A stretch of 64,000 nucleotides of DNA from Candidatus Thorarchaeota archaeon SMTZ1-45 (GTDB lineage Archaea; Asgardarchaeota; Thorarchaeia; Thorarchaeales; Thorarchaeaceae), in contig LRSL01000081.1 of the NCBI GenBank assembly GCA_001563335.1, positions 1-64,000 of the forward strand, written 5' to 3'. Position numbers and translations under genes: made by a program. The notes below the pieces were generated by a model. It was not told the DNA's origin, did no database searches, and worked only from the letters and a program-made list of their open reading frames with translations. Below, piece by piece: positions 45,286 to 55,081 of this stretch (its first letter is position 1; every line of letters begins with the position of its first letter).

Positions 45286-47046
45286 ATGAGTTTAGATAAA
45301 GACAAACTTGGAGAACTTTATGGAAAAGTTGGGGCGGGTAACCAAACCTCACTTGGGATAATGGGAAGTAACCGTGATATTAGCGTGGGGGAGATCTTTT
45401 TGATATATTCCCATCGTGATGGCCATGAGAGAGTGTTCTTCTTCAGAGTCCTAGGTCTAGAAAATTATCTACGACAAGTCGATGATTTAGCTCGTGTGGC
45501 TGGCACGCTCATGGTTGAAGGCGATGCCTATCTGTCAGGAATTGAACGGAACATGCTGCTTTCTGTTGGTGGCAGAATGCTTGGTTACGCGGAGGATAAG
45601 GATGGAAAATGGGATTTTCACTCACCAAGGCGGCTACCAGACCATTTGGCTTCGGTTTATCGTCCTATCCCTGGCACGTCTGATGAGAATGTTAGGAACA
45701 TGCTCGAGGGTCAGATTGACGGTGAGGTCTATGTTGGAGACCTACAAGTTGGAGAAACTACACTTGATGTTCCAATCAGGATTCCATCAAAATATCTACC
45801 AATGCATGTAGGTATCTTTGGTTCTACGGGGGCTGGAAAAAGCAATTTAATGATGGTACTGATTAAATCAATCATTGATAATAATCTCAATGCCTTCAGA
45901 AGACCTAATCAGGCTTTGCCACGAATATCTGCATTCTGTATTGACCCCCACGACGAGTTTGCTAAGGGCGTTGACAAATATGGTATTCAACATGTGGTTG
46001 AAGATATGAGCCCATCAACCAGGTCTGAAGTTCTTGGTGATTTTTATTACCTGACAACCCACAAGAGAGCCACGACTAGGGAGATTAGGAAGTACGCTCG
46101 TGAGATCAGAATCTTGTGGTCTGAAATTCAACCTAGAGACCTATACTCTATACGAGAGTTCACACCTGAGATGTCCTCCTTCATAGACGCACAATATTCA
46201 GTAGCAAAAGAGGATTGGATAAGTTCGATTGTTAATATGGCAGAGGATGATGCAGGAGTGCCTGTTGGAACATTGAGGGCAGTCAAACGCAGGCTTAGTT
46301 TCCTTGAGAGATCTCCGATTTTCATTGAAAAAGGGACTTCCATTCTTAGTGACATTTTCTATGCAATGGAAACCGGGAGAATTCTCGTTGTCAATACTAG
46401 CCTAATGAGCGATATGGAGCAGTTCCTCTTGACAACGATAGTAACACGAACATTATCTGATATGAGGCGTGCTTTGAAGAGTAGTGGAAATCTAAGCGAT
46501 TTTGAGAATCAGGGTCAGATGCGTCTTCCTAAACCATTCTTTGAAAATGTTAAGAAGCAAGCTCGGGCATTTTACGGTCTGGGAGGTGTAGGAGATGACA
46601 CTCCTGTTCAAGACCCACGAAAACTTCCAGTTATTCAAGTGACAGTCGAGGAGGCGCCATCTATACTCAATCCTGAGCTGATGAGAGGTCAATCAGTCTT
46701 TAAGGACATATCACGTCAAGGTAGGAAATTCAATATTGGATTGCTCGTTGTAAGCCAACAGGTCAGTGTGCTTGATAATGTCATATTAAGTCAGATGAAC
46801 ACTGAGATTAATCTAAGACTTGGTAATGAACGTGAGATACGTGCTTGTGTAGAAAATGCAAGTGTGAACATATCCGGATTTGAGGACGAGTTTCGGGTAA
46901 TGTCCCGAGGCGAGGCAATTGTGACTCAGTCGTACAGAGAGCTTCCTTTACCTGCCAAGATACCCCTGTTTGATGATATTTATGAAAAGGATAGACATAG
47001 ATACAAAGACAAAGAGTCAAAGAAAAAACAAGAACATATACTATGA
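45286..47046 (+). CDS. herA: HerA helicase/translocase
   Basis: HVGIFGSTGAGKSN, IDPHDE, VEEA, RQGRKF, VVSQ, SQMNT. Confidence 0.92.
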   Translation: MSLDKDKLGELYGKVGAGNQTSLGIMGSNRDISVGEIFLIYSHRDGHERVFFFRVLGLENYLRQVDDLARVAGTLMVEGDAYLSGIERNMLLSVGGRMLGYAEDKDGKWDFHSPRRLPDHLASVYRPIPGTSDENVRNMLEGQIDGEVYVGDLQVGETTLDVPIRIPSKYLPMHVGIFGSTGAGKSNLMMVLIKSIIDNNLNAFRRPNQALPRISAFCIDPHDEFAKGVDKYGIQHVVEDMSPSTRSEVLGDFYYLTTHKRATTREIRKYAREIRILWSEIQPRDLYSIREFTPEMSSFIDAQYSVAKEDWISSIVNMAEDDAGVPVGTLRAVKRRLSFLERSPIFIEKGTSILSDIFYAMETGRILVVNTSLMSDMEQFLLTTIVTRTLSDMRRALKSSGNLSDFENQGQMRLPKPFFENVKKQARAFYGLGGVGDDTPVQDPRKLPVIQVTVEEAPSILNPELMRGQSVFKDISRQGRKFNIGLLVVSQQVSVLDNVILSQMNTEINLRLGNEREIRACVENASVNISGFEDEFRVMSRGEAIVTQSYRELPLPAKIPLFDDIYEKDRHRYKDKESKKKQEHIL

Positions 47047-47056
47047 GGCTGACTAG

Positions 47057-48367
47057 ATGAAGGCAAGAATTGCTCACATCTCAGATACCCACCTTGGAAC
47101 CCGTCCAAGAGATGGTGTTCGTCCCAATGTATGGGGCGAAGAGATGCGTTCTCAGTTACTTGAGAATGATTTCTATGAGCGGTTCCGAGAACTCTTTGAT
47201 AAGATATCAAGACTTGACCCTCCTGTTGATCTAGTTGTCCATTCTGGTGATTTATACAACTCACCTTGGGAGGGTAATCCCTCTCAACCTCCTGTTGTTG
47301 CTCAAGAAACCGCTATTACAGTCCTTCAAAACTTCATAACAACGACTAAGATTCCAGTTCTAATTATTGAAGGAAACCATGGACTCTACAGGCTGTTAGA
47401 GGTCTCTCTTCTTGACAGTCTGAAACTAGCTGTTCCAGGATTGGATGTTGCAACGCAACAAGATCTGAAAAGAGCAGTGAGGGAAGGAGAACCTCTTGTT
47501 TTCTCTTATGACAAATTAGACGCCTACTGCTTTCCATTCATGGATTACGCAGTTCTCAAGTCTGCTGACATGATCTCGGGATTTGATGATTGGATTACAA
47601 CTCACCAAACTCGTGTTAGATTAAGACCCTCGATTGCCGTAGCTCATGGAATGGAGATTGACCAGACATTATTCAAGAGTATATTCTCAATGGATTATGA
47701 TTACATTGCGCTGGGACACGACCACCATCAACATCAGCAATCAACAGGAGCATGGTATGCCGGTTCACCTGAACGCTGGAGGTTTGATGAAGCCCGTCAT
47801 GAAAAAGGATTCCTAGTCGTGGACATCCAAGCAGGCACTGCACCAATAGTGACACCGTACATGCTTGAATACAAAAGGCAAATCATCAATGAGAAAATCA
47901 AGATAGACACCGATGACTCTGTCGAATCTATTTCAGACAAGGTCTATGCTCTATTTGACAAGAAAGGTGTAAAGGCTCCATGGAACCCTGAAACAGCAGC
48001 TCGAATTCGTCTTGTGTTTGAAGGAAAAGCGACTCGTGTGAGTTCATTTGAACTTGGGATGACTCTTGAATCTTTAAGAATGAAAATCCACTCGAAAGAC
48101 TCCGAATATAATGTAGCGCAGTTGTTTTGGACTGTTCGTCAATCCATCGATGAAGAGTTCACAGCTGCATCATATCCTGAAATTGAATCTGAATATCTCA
48201 TACAGGACCCTGAGGAGGATTTCCGTGCATATCTTGAAACATTAGAGATCGATAAGACCATGGATCCGAGTATGCTCACAAAGATTGCAGTACGTTCGCT
48301 TGAACACGCAGTGGGAAAGAAGGAAGGTCGATTGAATACTGAATCAATCATGGAGGATGAAAAATGA
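47057..48367 (+). CDS. mre11: Mre11 nuclease
   Basis: HISDTHLG, HSGDL, GNH, AHG, YIALGH.H, YAGSPE. Confidence 0.92.
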   Translation: MKARIAHISDTHLGTRPRDGVRPNVWGEEMRSQLLENDFYERFRELFDKISRLDPPVDLVVHSGDLYNSPWEGNPSQPPVVAQETAITVLQNFITTTKIPVLIIEGNHGLYRLLEVSLLDSLKLAVPGLDVATQQDLKRAVREGEPLVFSYDKLDAYCFPFMDYAVLKSADMISGFDDWITTHQTRVRLRPSIAVAHGMEIDQTLFKSIFSMDYDYIALGHDHHQHQQSTGAWYAGSPERWRFDEARHEKGFLVVDIQAGTAPIVTPYMLEYKRQIINEKIKIDTDDSVESISDKVYALFDKKGVKAPWNPETAARIRLVFEGKATRVSSFELGMTLESLRMKIHSKDSEYNVAQLFWTVRQSIDEEFTAASYPEIESEYLIQDPEEDFRAYLETLEIDKTMDPSMLTKIAVRSLEHAVGKKEGRLNTESIMEDEK

Positions 48368-50442
48368 AGCTCCTCCAATTAAAGGTTCGAAACTTCAAGC
48401 CTTTCAGTGCTCTCATGTTGCCTGAGGGAGATGCTGAGCTTCCTGAAGGACTTATTCTCATAAGAGGTCAGAATTCTACAGGAAAATCCTCTCTCTTCGA
48501 AGCTATCCTCTGGGGCTTCTGGGGTGCAGATGCAGTTGACTTAACGAATGATGAGCTCATAAACTTCAGATCAACAAACTGCCAAGTGGTTCTCACTTTC
48601 CAGATTGCTGATACTCAATACAAGATTGATCGTTCCTATGATCCAGCGAATGGAATGGCTGTTGTCCTATTCATAAATCGAGAAGGTGCTTGGAAACGTA
48701 TTGCTGACAAAAGTAAGTCTGTCAATTCTAAGCTCGATGAGATTCTGTGCCTTGAGCTTAGGCAAGCCTTGAATACCCTTCTTGTCAGACAAGGAGAGGT
48801 TGCAGTCATTGCGAATGCTACTCCTTCAGTCCTGAGAGACCTTCTCGTAAAAGTATATGATATTGACTTACTTAATCAGATGTCAAGTCATTTAGAAAGT
48901 CTTGAGAAAGATGTGGACTCAAAAATCAACTCTCTGAAGTCAGACTATATTCATCCTGAGCGAATTCAAGAAATGGTTGCAGAGCGCCAAGATGAAATCC
49001 GTCGTTTAGAATCTATTCTAATTACTAAAAAGAAAGAGATCGAATCTACGGAAAAGATACTCGAAGAGATGCCAAATGCTGAACTCTTAAAGAAGGTTCA
49101 AGAACTCAGTAAGAATATTGAGTTTCTTCAGCAAGAGGTTGAAGTTAAGAGTGAAGGTCTTAAGGAAGACATTGCACTAGCTGGTGTTGTTGACGCAAGT
49201 CCCAAAGTTCTGAACGCGCGATTGGATGCTCTTGAGCAGGGAAGAAAACGGATTGAGAAAGAACAAAAGGTACTCAAGAGCAAGATTCAGCGTCTGGATC
49301 AAGATATCGGGATGAGTTTAGGCACAAATCGTGACCTTGAAGAGAAGATCCAGATACTTACCGCTGCTGGTACTGATGATATCATCGAATGTCCGACCTG
49401 TGCAAAACCACTCTCTGCAGCTGAAAGAAACAAACTCGTGACTGAATACAAGATAACAATCAAAGATAGCGAAACGAAAAGAAAGCGATTAGAGATCACC
49501 AAACAGGAACTCATAACATCCTCCGAGGACTTCGAAGATCAACTTAGTAGAATGTCCAAAAGCGAAGATGCTGTAAAAAGAGCTAACCAGGGGCAGAAAA
49601 GAGTTGACCAATCAAAAGAGAAATTATCCAAAGTTGAGCAGGAGTTTTCAATGCTCTTGGAAGAATATAACATTAAGAGCGTAGATAAGCTGCTCAAGAA
49701 ATACAATATGCCTACTATTATCGAACTTCATGAGAAAGTTATCTCTCTCACATCAGCTTTGAAAGCGCTTCGTAAAGAAACAATGGAAAGTGAGGACAAC
49801 ATTCAAAGAGAAAAGGACAAGATTATCGAACTTCAAGGAAAGCAATCACAGATGGAACAGATTGGATCTGAAATTGTTGAACTTGAGAATATGAACGAAC
49901 ACGCAAAATATGTTCGGAGAAGACTTGTGAGTGGATTTGTCACTGACTATGTGTTTCAAAAACGACTTCTTGGTATCATCAGAGGGGCGACCAATCCATA
50001 TGTTCGGTCATTCACCAATGGTCAATATACAGCAATTGATTTAGAGCCTACACCCGCCAAGGGTCGAGCAGGTCCAGGGTTAATCCTTCGAATTTGGGAT
50101 GAAAGAGATCAAGCCTGGAAAAAAACATCTCAGCTGAGTTATGGCGACAGGACAGCAATCAGTCTAGCGCTACGAATGGGAATTAGTCGTACCATGAGCA
50201 GCATTCGACCACTTAGGGACAGCCCTATTGTGACCCCACGTGTTCGTTCTGTTCTTCTCGATGAACCTTTGGGTGGTCTTGATAAGAATAGAAGAGAGGC
50301 TGTTGTGCGGAACCTCATTAATGATCGGAGTTTTGAACAGATACTCTTAATCACTCACACTGACGTTCAAGGCTGGCTGGGAGTCCCAGTCATAGAAGTT
50401 ACGAAGGATGGTGCTTTTAGTAACGCAACTCTTGAGATGTAA
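48364..50442 (+). CDS. rad50: Rad50 ATPase
   Basis: GQNSTGKSS, Q-loop RQGE, coiled coils with CPTC hook, LSYGD signature, LLDEP, ITH. Confidence 0.92.
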   Translation: MKLLQLKVRNFKPFSALMLPEGDAELPEGLILIRGQNSTGKSSLFEAILWGFWGADAVDLTNDELINFRSTNCQVVLTFQIADTQYKIDRSYDPANGMAVVLFINREGAWKRIADKSKSVNSKLDEILCLELRQALNTLLVRQGEVAVIANATPSVLRDLLVKVYDIDLLNQMSSHLESLEKDVDSKINSLKSDYIHPERIQEMVAERQDEIRRLESILITKKKEIESTEKILEEMPNAELLKKVQELSKNIEFLQQEVEVKSEGLKEDIALAGVVDASPKVLNARLDALEQGRKRIEKEQKVLKSKIQRLDQDIGMSLGTNRDLEEKIQILTAAGTDDIIECPTCAKPLSAAERNKLVTEYKITIKDSETKRKRLEITKQELITSSEDFEDQLSRMSKSEDAVKRANQGQKRVDQSKEKLSKVEQEFSMLLEEYNIKSVDKLLKKYNMPTIIELHEKVISLTSALKALRKETMESEDNIQREKDKIIELQGKQSQMEQIGSEIVELENMNEHAKYVRRRLVSGFVTDYVFQKRLLGIIRGATNPYVRSFTNGQYTAIDLEPTPAKGRAGPGLILRIWDERDQAWKKTSQLSYGDRTAISLALRMGISRTMSSIRPLRDSPIVTPRVRSVLLDEPLGGLDKNRREAVVRNLINDRSFEQILLITHTDVQGWLGVPVIEVTKDGAFSNATLEM

Positions 50443-50496
50443 AGGATAGCCTTCCTTGGAACATATATTAATCAGGGAACAGACATCGAAGTTACC

Positions 50497-52758
50497 ATGC
50501 ACCAACTTAAAACCAGCCAAAGAATTCGACGAATTTCAAGTATAGTCGACAGCTGGTTTCTTCGAGTTGGAGACAAGATTGCAAGATTTCTGATCGAATA
50601 TCGCTACCTCATAGCAGTGCTGTTCATCGGGTTCATTGTTTGGGCAATTGTCTTTAATGTCGCTGTCATTGATTATATTGATACTAACAATTGGAGAACA
50701 CGAACTGCTTGGTTGGGACCTATTCCTGGACCCGGCACGATTCAGCTCTTCGGGTTCACAATCGAATATCAACTTGAAGGATATAGTGACTACTCTTTCT
50801 ACTATGTTCACTGGGGATACAATTCACTATATGGAGTGATGCCCTACTCTCCGGAGTATGGAATTCTAGAGCTGAATGGTATCACAAATGAGAATGGTGC
50901 ACATATGTTTCCTCCTTTTACGTCATATCTCTATGCTTTAGGGATTGCACTGGGAAATACGCTGGGCTGGACTAATTGGGGAATCGGACTCCTAATTGCT
51001 GCATTTGGTTACTTGACAGCACTCCCCATTTATGGTATTGCAAGTGAGTTGTCTTCAAATAAGCGAGTTGGAGAAGCAGCTGCTCTAACTTATCTACTAA
51101 ATCCTTTGATGATATACCACACTGATTACTTATGGTTCAATCCTGCCCCATTTGTGTTCTTATTCTTTGCTGGATTCTACATGCTGGTGCGAGGGAAACG
51201 TCTCACCGGGACCCTTCTCATAGTGTCTGCTGCATTGTTCAAACAGACCGCTTGGTTTCTGGGAATTCCGCTCGTTGTATATCTACTAGTACGTCCTAGA
51301 GAACGAAAGACAGTAGATGCTGAACCCTCACAAGTTGATGAAATACAAACCAAGAATGATGAAAAAACTGGCGATTCCATCGAAAAAGTTCGATCTACAC
51401 TACAACCCTTCATCGATTATTTCGATCTTCCGAATTTCATGGTCAGTGTTGTACTTGTGTTAGTCTTTGTAGGTGCGGTTATGTTTCCATTCATAATTAC
51501 CCAACCGCATTTCTTGGACTACTGGAAACTTGCCTTAGGGTCGTTTTCTTTTGAGGGCAACTTTACTGAACCTCCTGCGTATAATATGCCAATGAGAATA
51601 CAAGTTCTAGCAATTCTGGCTGGGAATGCTGAATTTGCTGAATTACTCGATACTATCCTGATATCTGGTGGTCCCCTTGGTTTTGGAGTCATATTATGTG
51701 CTGGATTAATGGTGCTTAAAGATCGGTATATTGGCGAAGAAATAACCTACCTGCGTCGTATTCTATTCATCACCTTGATTATGATGCTAATTGTAACCTT
51801 GTTTGGTCCCAGAGGCGTCTTCAAGTATTATTTCGTCATGCTAATGCCATTCTTCTCAATCTTCTCTTCTGCAAGAATGATCCGTGGGACTGGTGAACAT
51901 GTTCCATTCTCAGCTTCAATGATTTGGGTACCAATCACACTGACACTGTTGATTCTAATACCTGATCGCAATATCTATCTCGGGTTTGTATTACTAATCT
52001 TCCTAGGTTATCTCCTAGCTCCAGCAATAGATCGGTTGTATCATTACACAAAATCTCCATTCAGATTCATCAAGCGGATTATCCAACGGATTACGGAGAT
52101 TTCATTCAAGTTTCTAACTCTCGTAGAATTGCCATTTGATGTTACAAGGAAACGTTACATTTCGAATATTATCACACAGAGTCTACTATTGGGTTTTGGA
52201 ATCTTCTTTATCGCTTTTGGTTGGTTAACCACTCAGATGGCAGTTGGGGTTGACATCGTCACAGGTTTAGAGGTTGTTTTGGTCTTTAGTGCTTCAATCG
52301 TTGTGGGATTCCAGCTTCTATCTCTTGCCATTAGCCTAGCTCTCAATACTGAGATAAGATTAATGTATCTGAATAAATGCATACGTGAACTCTCAATCAT
52401 AATCGCAGCTATAATTTGGATCTTCGGAGTTCGGACTTATTTTCTAAGCTGGCTGATTGATTTTGCACTCGAGAGGCAGCTGCTTGTATTCTCTAGTGTG
52501 TTCACATCTATTTGGTCTATATCACTCTTTATGGATCAAAGCAATAGAGTCAGGATTTTGACAGATATCATGCTTCTCGCAGGCTTGGCAATTGGTTTCC
52601 TTGTTTGGTCTTCTCTAGCTAATTTTACGCTCTTCCTTCTAGGGAGCATAGCTATCTGCACAGTGTTTATCCACCTCATACTCATTTTAGTTCACTATTT
52701 TGACAAAACCGCTGCGACCCATTCAGGTACGATCAACCCCCCTGAGCTCACGATATAG
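50497..52758 (+). CDS. GT-C type membrane glycosyltransferase (GT87/mannosyltransferase-like) with extra TM domain
   Basis: YSDY after TM1, FPP, YLLNP, LFKQ, many TM helices. Confidence 0.7.
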   Translation: MHQLKTSQRIRRISSIVDSWFLRVGDKIARFLIEYRYLIAVLFIGFIVWAIVFNVAVIDYIDTNNWRTRTAWLGPIPGPGTIQLFGFTIEYQLEGYSDYSFYYVHWGYNSLYGVMPYSPEYGILELNGITNENGAHMFPPFTSYLYALGIALGNTLGWTNWGIGLLIAAFGYLTALPIYGIASELSSNKRVGEAAALTYLLNPLMIYHTDYLWFNPAPFVFLFFAGFYMLVRGKRLTGTLLIVSAALFKQTAWFLGIPLVVYLLVRPRERKTVDAEPSQVDEIQTKNDEKTGDSIEKVRSTLQPFIDYFDLPNFMVSVVLVLVFVGAVMFPFIITQPHFLDYWKLALGSFSFEGNFTEPPAYNMPMRIQVLAILAGNAEFAELLDTILISGGPLGFGVILCAGLMVLKDRYIGEEITYLRRILFITLIMMLIVTLFGPRGVFKYYFVMLMPFFSIFSSARMIRGTGEHVPFSASMIWVPITLTLLILIPDRNIYLGFVLLIFLGYLLAPAIDRLYHYTKSPFRFIKRIIQRITEISFKFLTLVELPFDVTRKRYISNIITQSLLLGFGIFFIAFGWLTTQMAVGVDIVTGLEVVLVFSASIVVGFQLLSLAISLALNTEIRLMYLNKCIRELSIIIAAIIWIFGVRTYFLSWLIDFALERQLLVFSSVFTSIWSISLFMDQSNRVRILTDIMLLAGLAIGFLVWSSLANFTLFLLGSIAICTVFIHLILILVHYFDKTAATHSGTINPPELTI

Positions 52759-52817
52759 AATGAAAAGCTATCCCTATTTCCTGCTTGTAGAATCTGAAAA
52801 CAGAGGACTCTGTATTA

Positions 52818-54002
52818 TCATTGTTCACTAAGAGCAGCTAGGTCTGTTTCCTTTGCATCGATCTTCTTCTTTAGGTTTTTAATCTGAGCATCCAATTTTA
52901 CAACCTGTTCTGCGTAGGCGTCCTCAGGCATTGCTCCTGAAGTATGTCTTTTCTCTATATGTTTCCTAAGGTCCTCGACGGATTTCATTTCTTTTCTTAG
53001 TGCTTTTAGATCCGCCTCTATTGAAGCACTCTTGTTTTCTTCTGGAGTCTTAAACTGCTTCGATGGAATCATTATTCCAAGTTGCTGCTGTGTCTTCTCT
53101 GCAAAGTCTTGGAACTGGTTTCTCAACATCTCAATATTATTATCAACATTGGACACCTGCTCCTTCACTTTGGAAATGTCCTTTTGCAAATCAAATACTG
53201 CATTAACAAGACGCTTCATTGTTTTTTCAAACTCTATGCTAGCAGATGAGTCTCCAGTAGTTTCTTCCTGTGGTTTCTTTTTCTCCTCTCTCTCTTGCTC
53301 TTTGACCACTGTACTTGGTTTTGCCATTTGAACATCCCCACTTAACCATCTGAATGAATTGACTGCAAATGTTGCATTTCCCTTGTGTTTGAGACCTCCT
53401 CCTTTTCTAAAGACCTCATAGCTTCCAATGCACATCACTCTCCCTTTTCCCACCTCTGCAATAGCTATGACCGGTGCATTTCCTGGTTCAGCGGTCTCTG
53501 AAGTGATTGCTATTGGTGCAGCCTTTCCTGAAACCTTGAGGCTACATGCTGACGGGATTAGAAGGTCTAAAACATCCTCTGTCACTGGATGAGTAGCTAT
53601 GTGCTTAATGATTGGCATTGTTGGGAGACCTGCATTATTTCTGTCGTCCTTTACTGCAGTGTTCTCAAATGTGATTCCAAACTCCCCAGATATTTTAGAC
53701 ATATTATTCATTAGTCCACGGTCGCCACCAGAAAGAGAGAGCAGCATCAATCCCCCTCCATTCTTCACATATTTCTGCAAGACATCTATCTCCGCAGGTC
53801 TCACCTTTGAGCTATTTGGACAACCAAAAATCATCACATCTGCATCTTTGAGGTTCTTTGCTAGAATCATGAACTCAGTATATGCCTCAACATCAAAGTC
53901 ATTGTCCCGAAGCAACTGTCCAAGTTCAGAGTATGTGCTCTCTAATCTACCTCGTTCATTTTGGGTCTGATCAAAAAGGATTCTCTTTCTCCTTCCGCTC
54001 AA
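52818..54002 (-). CDS. GIFT (GldG/IFT52-like) domain plus coiled-coil protein
   Basis: ILFD...E, AEIDVLQKYVKNGGGL, GG...NM..I..EFGI, HPVT, GKGRV..IGS, N......WL. Confidence 0.8.
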   Translation of the reverse strand: MSGRRKRILFDQTQNERGRLESTYSELGQLLRDNDFDVEAYTEFMILAKNLKDADVMIFGCPNSSKVRPAEIDVLQKYVKNGGGLMLLSLSGGDRGLMNNMSKISGEFGITFENTAVKDDRNNAGLPTMPIIKHIATHPVTEDVLDLLIPSACSLKVSGKAAPIAITSETAEPGNAPVIAIAEVGKGRVMCIGSYEVFRKGGGLKHKGNATFAVNSFRWLSGDVQMAKPSTVVKEQEREEKKKPQEETTGDSSASIEFEKTMKRLVNAVFDLQKDISKVKEQVSNVDNNIEMLRNQFQDFAEKTQQQLGIMIPSKQFKTPEENKSASIEADLKALRKEMKSVEDLRKHIEKRHTSGAMPEDAYAEQVVKLDAQIKNLKKKIDAKETDLAALSEQ

Positions 54003-54120
54003 ATGGATACACCTGCGACAACCGTTTTGTTATCAAGCATGACGGATGCGTTAATAGTACTTCCGTAGATGGGCTAACTGATTCGAATGTTTTATTTCAA
54101 TATGATGTATCAAGACCGGT

Positions 54121-54549
54121 ATGAGCGAGGAGAACTGCATTTTCTGCAAAATCATCCGTAGGGATATGCCTTCTTCAATAATTTTCGAGGATGAACACAG
54201 CATAGCATTCATGGATGTATTTCCAGTAGCCGAAGGTCATTGTCTATTGATCCCAAAGAAACACTATGAGAACATGTTTGATGTTGACCTTGATGTTGTT
54301 GCACATCTAGCCAAGACCCTTGTAGACCTTACAAAGAGAGTACGGAAGGCCACGGGCGCAGAAGGAGTGCTCAATATTGCTGCAAATGGTGAAGGTGCTG
54401 GTCAGGATGTTCCTCATCTACACTTCCATGCAATACCGAGGAACAAGAATTCGCCATTTGGTTTCAAGTTTCCCCCTGGCTATCGAAATTCCATGGCTCC
54501 AAGGGATAGACTTGACCATATGGCTGAGAAGATAAGGTCCTCTGTCTAA
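54121..54549 (+). CDS. HIT family nucleotide hydrolase
   Basis: CIFCKI, GH.L.IPK.H, AGQ.V.HLHFH.IPR. Confidence 0.95.
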   Translation: MSEENCIFCKIIRRDMPSSIIFEDEHSIAFMDVFPVAEGHCLLIPKKHYENMFDVDLDVVAHLAKTLVDLTKRVRKATGAEGVLNIAANGEGAGQDVPHLHFHAIPRNKNSPFGFKFPPGYRNSMAPRDRLDHMAEKIRSSV

Positions 54550-54980
54550 TGGATGTTGAGCAGATTCAGTCCGGTCAGGTCATCATACTTCCTGGTCAGA
54601 TTAATCTCTGTTTCAATAACCACTAGCTCGATAGTAACAGAAACCTCGCAACCAATCATCAGATGACCTCCGTAGCATTTTCCGGATTCATCTGCTACAA
54701 TCATGTGTGCATGAACAACAATGTTGCCCTCGTGGGATGAGATATCCCCCATACATGATACAACCTCAACATCCTCATTTACCATGAAATGCTTATACTC
54801 AGCTGATTCTCGATGATAGTATCCTAACTTCGCCTTTGAAACAGCTCCAATCAGGGAGATTTGGCCTGACTTGATTCCATACTCCTTTGCAACTGCTTCT
54901 ATAGATTCAAGTACATCTTCTCCAGGGTCCATTCGGGCGAAAATCACTCGTTTAATCTTGGTCTGAATTGAGCGCACCAT
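54546..54980 (-). CDS. PPC domain (DUF296) protein
   Basis: RMDPGED, IGAV, EVVS..G.I, VHAH, GGHL. Confidence 0.92.
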   Translation of the reverse strand: MVRSIQTKIKRVIFARMDPGEDVLESIEAVAKEYGIKSGQISLIGAVSKAKLGYYHRESAEYKHFMVNEDVEVVSCMGDISSHEGNIVVHAHMIVADESGKCYGGHLMIGCEVSVTIELVVIETEINLTRKYDDLTGLNLLNIH

Positions 54981-55081
54981 ATTTGCTTTAGTGCACAACA
55001 TACTAATGAAGGACTCGCATAGATGACCATAATAGGAAGTGCTTATCAGGAGTGGACCATCAAAATAAACTGTGAAATGTA

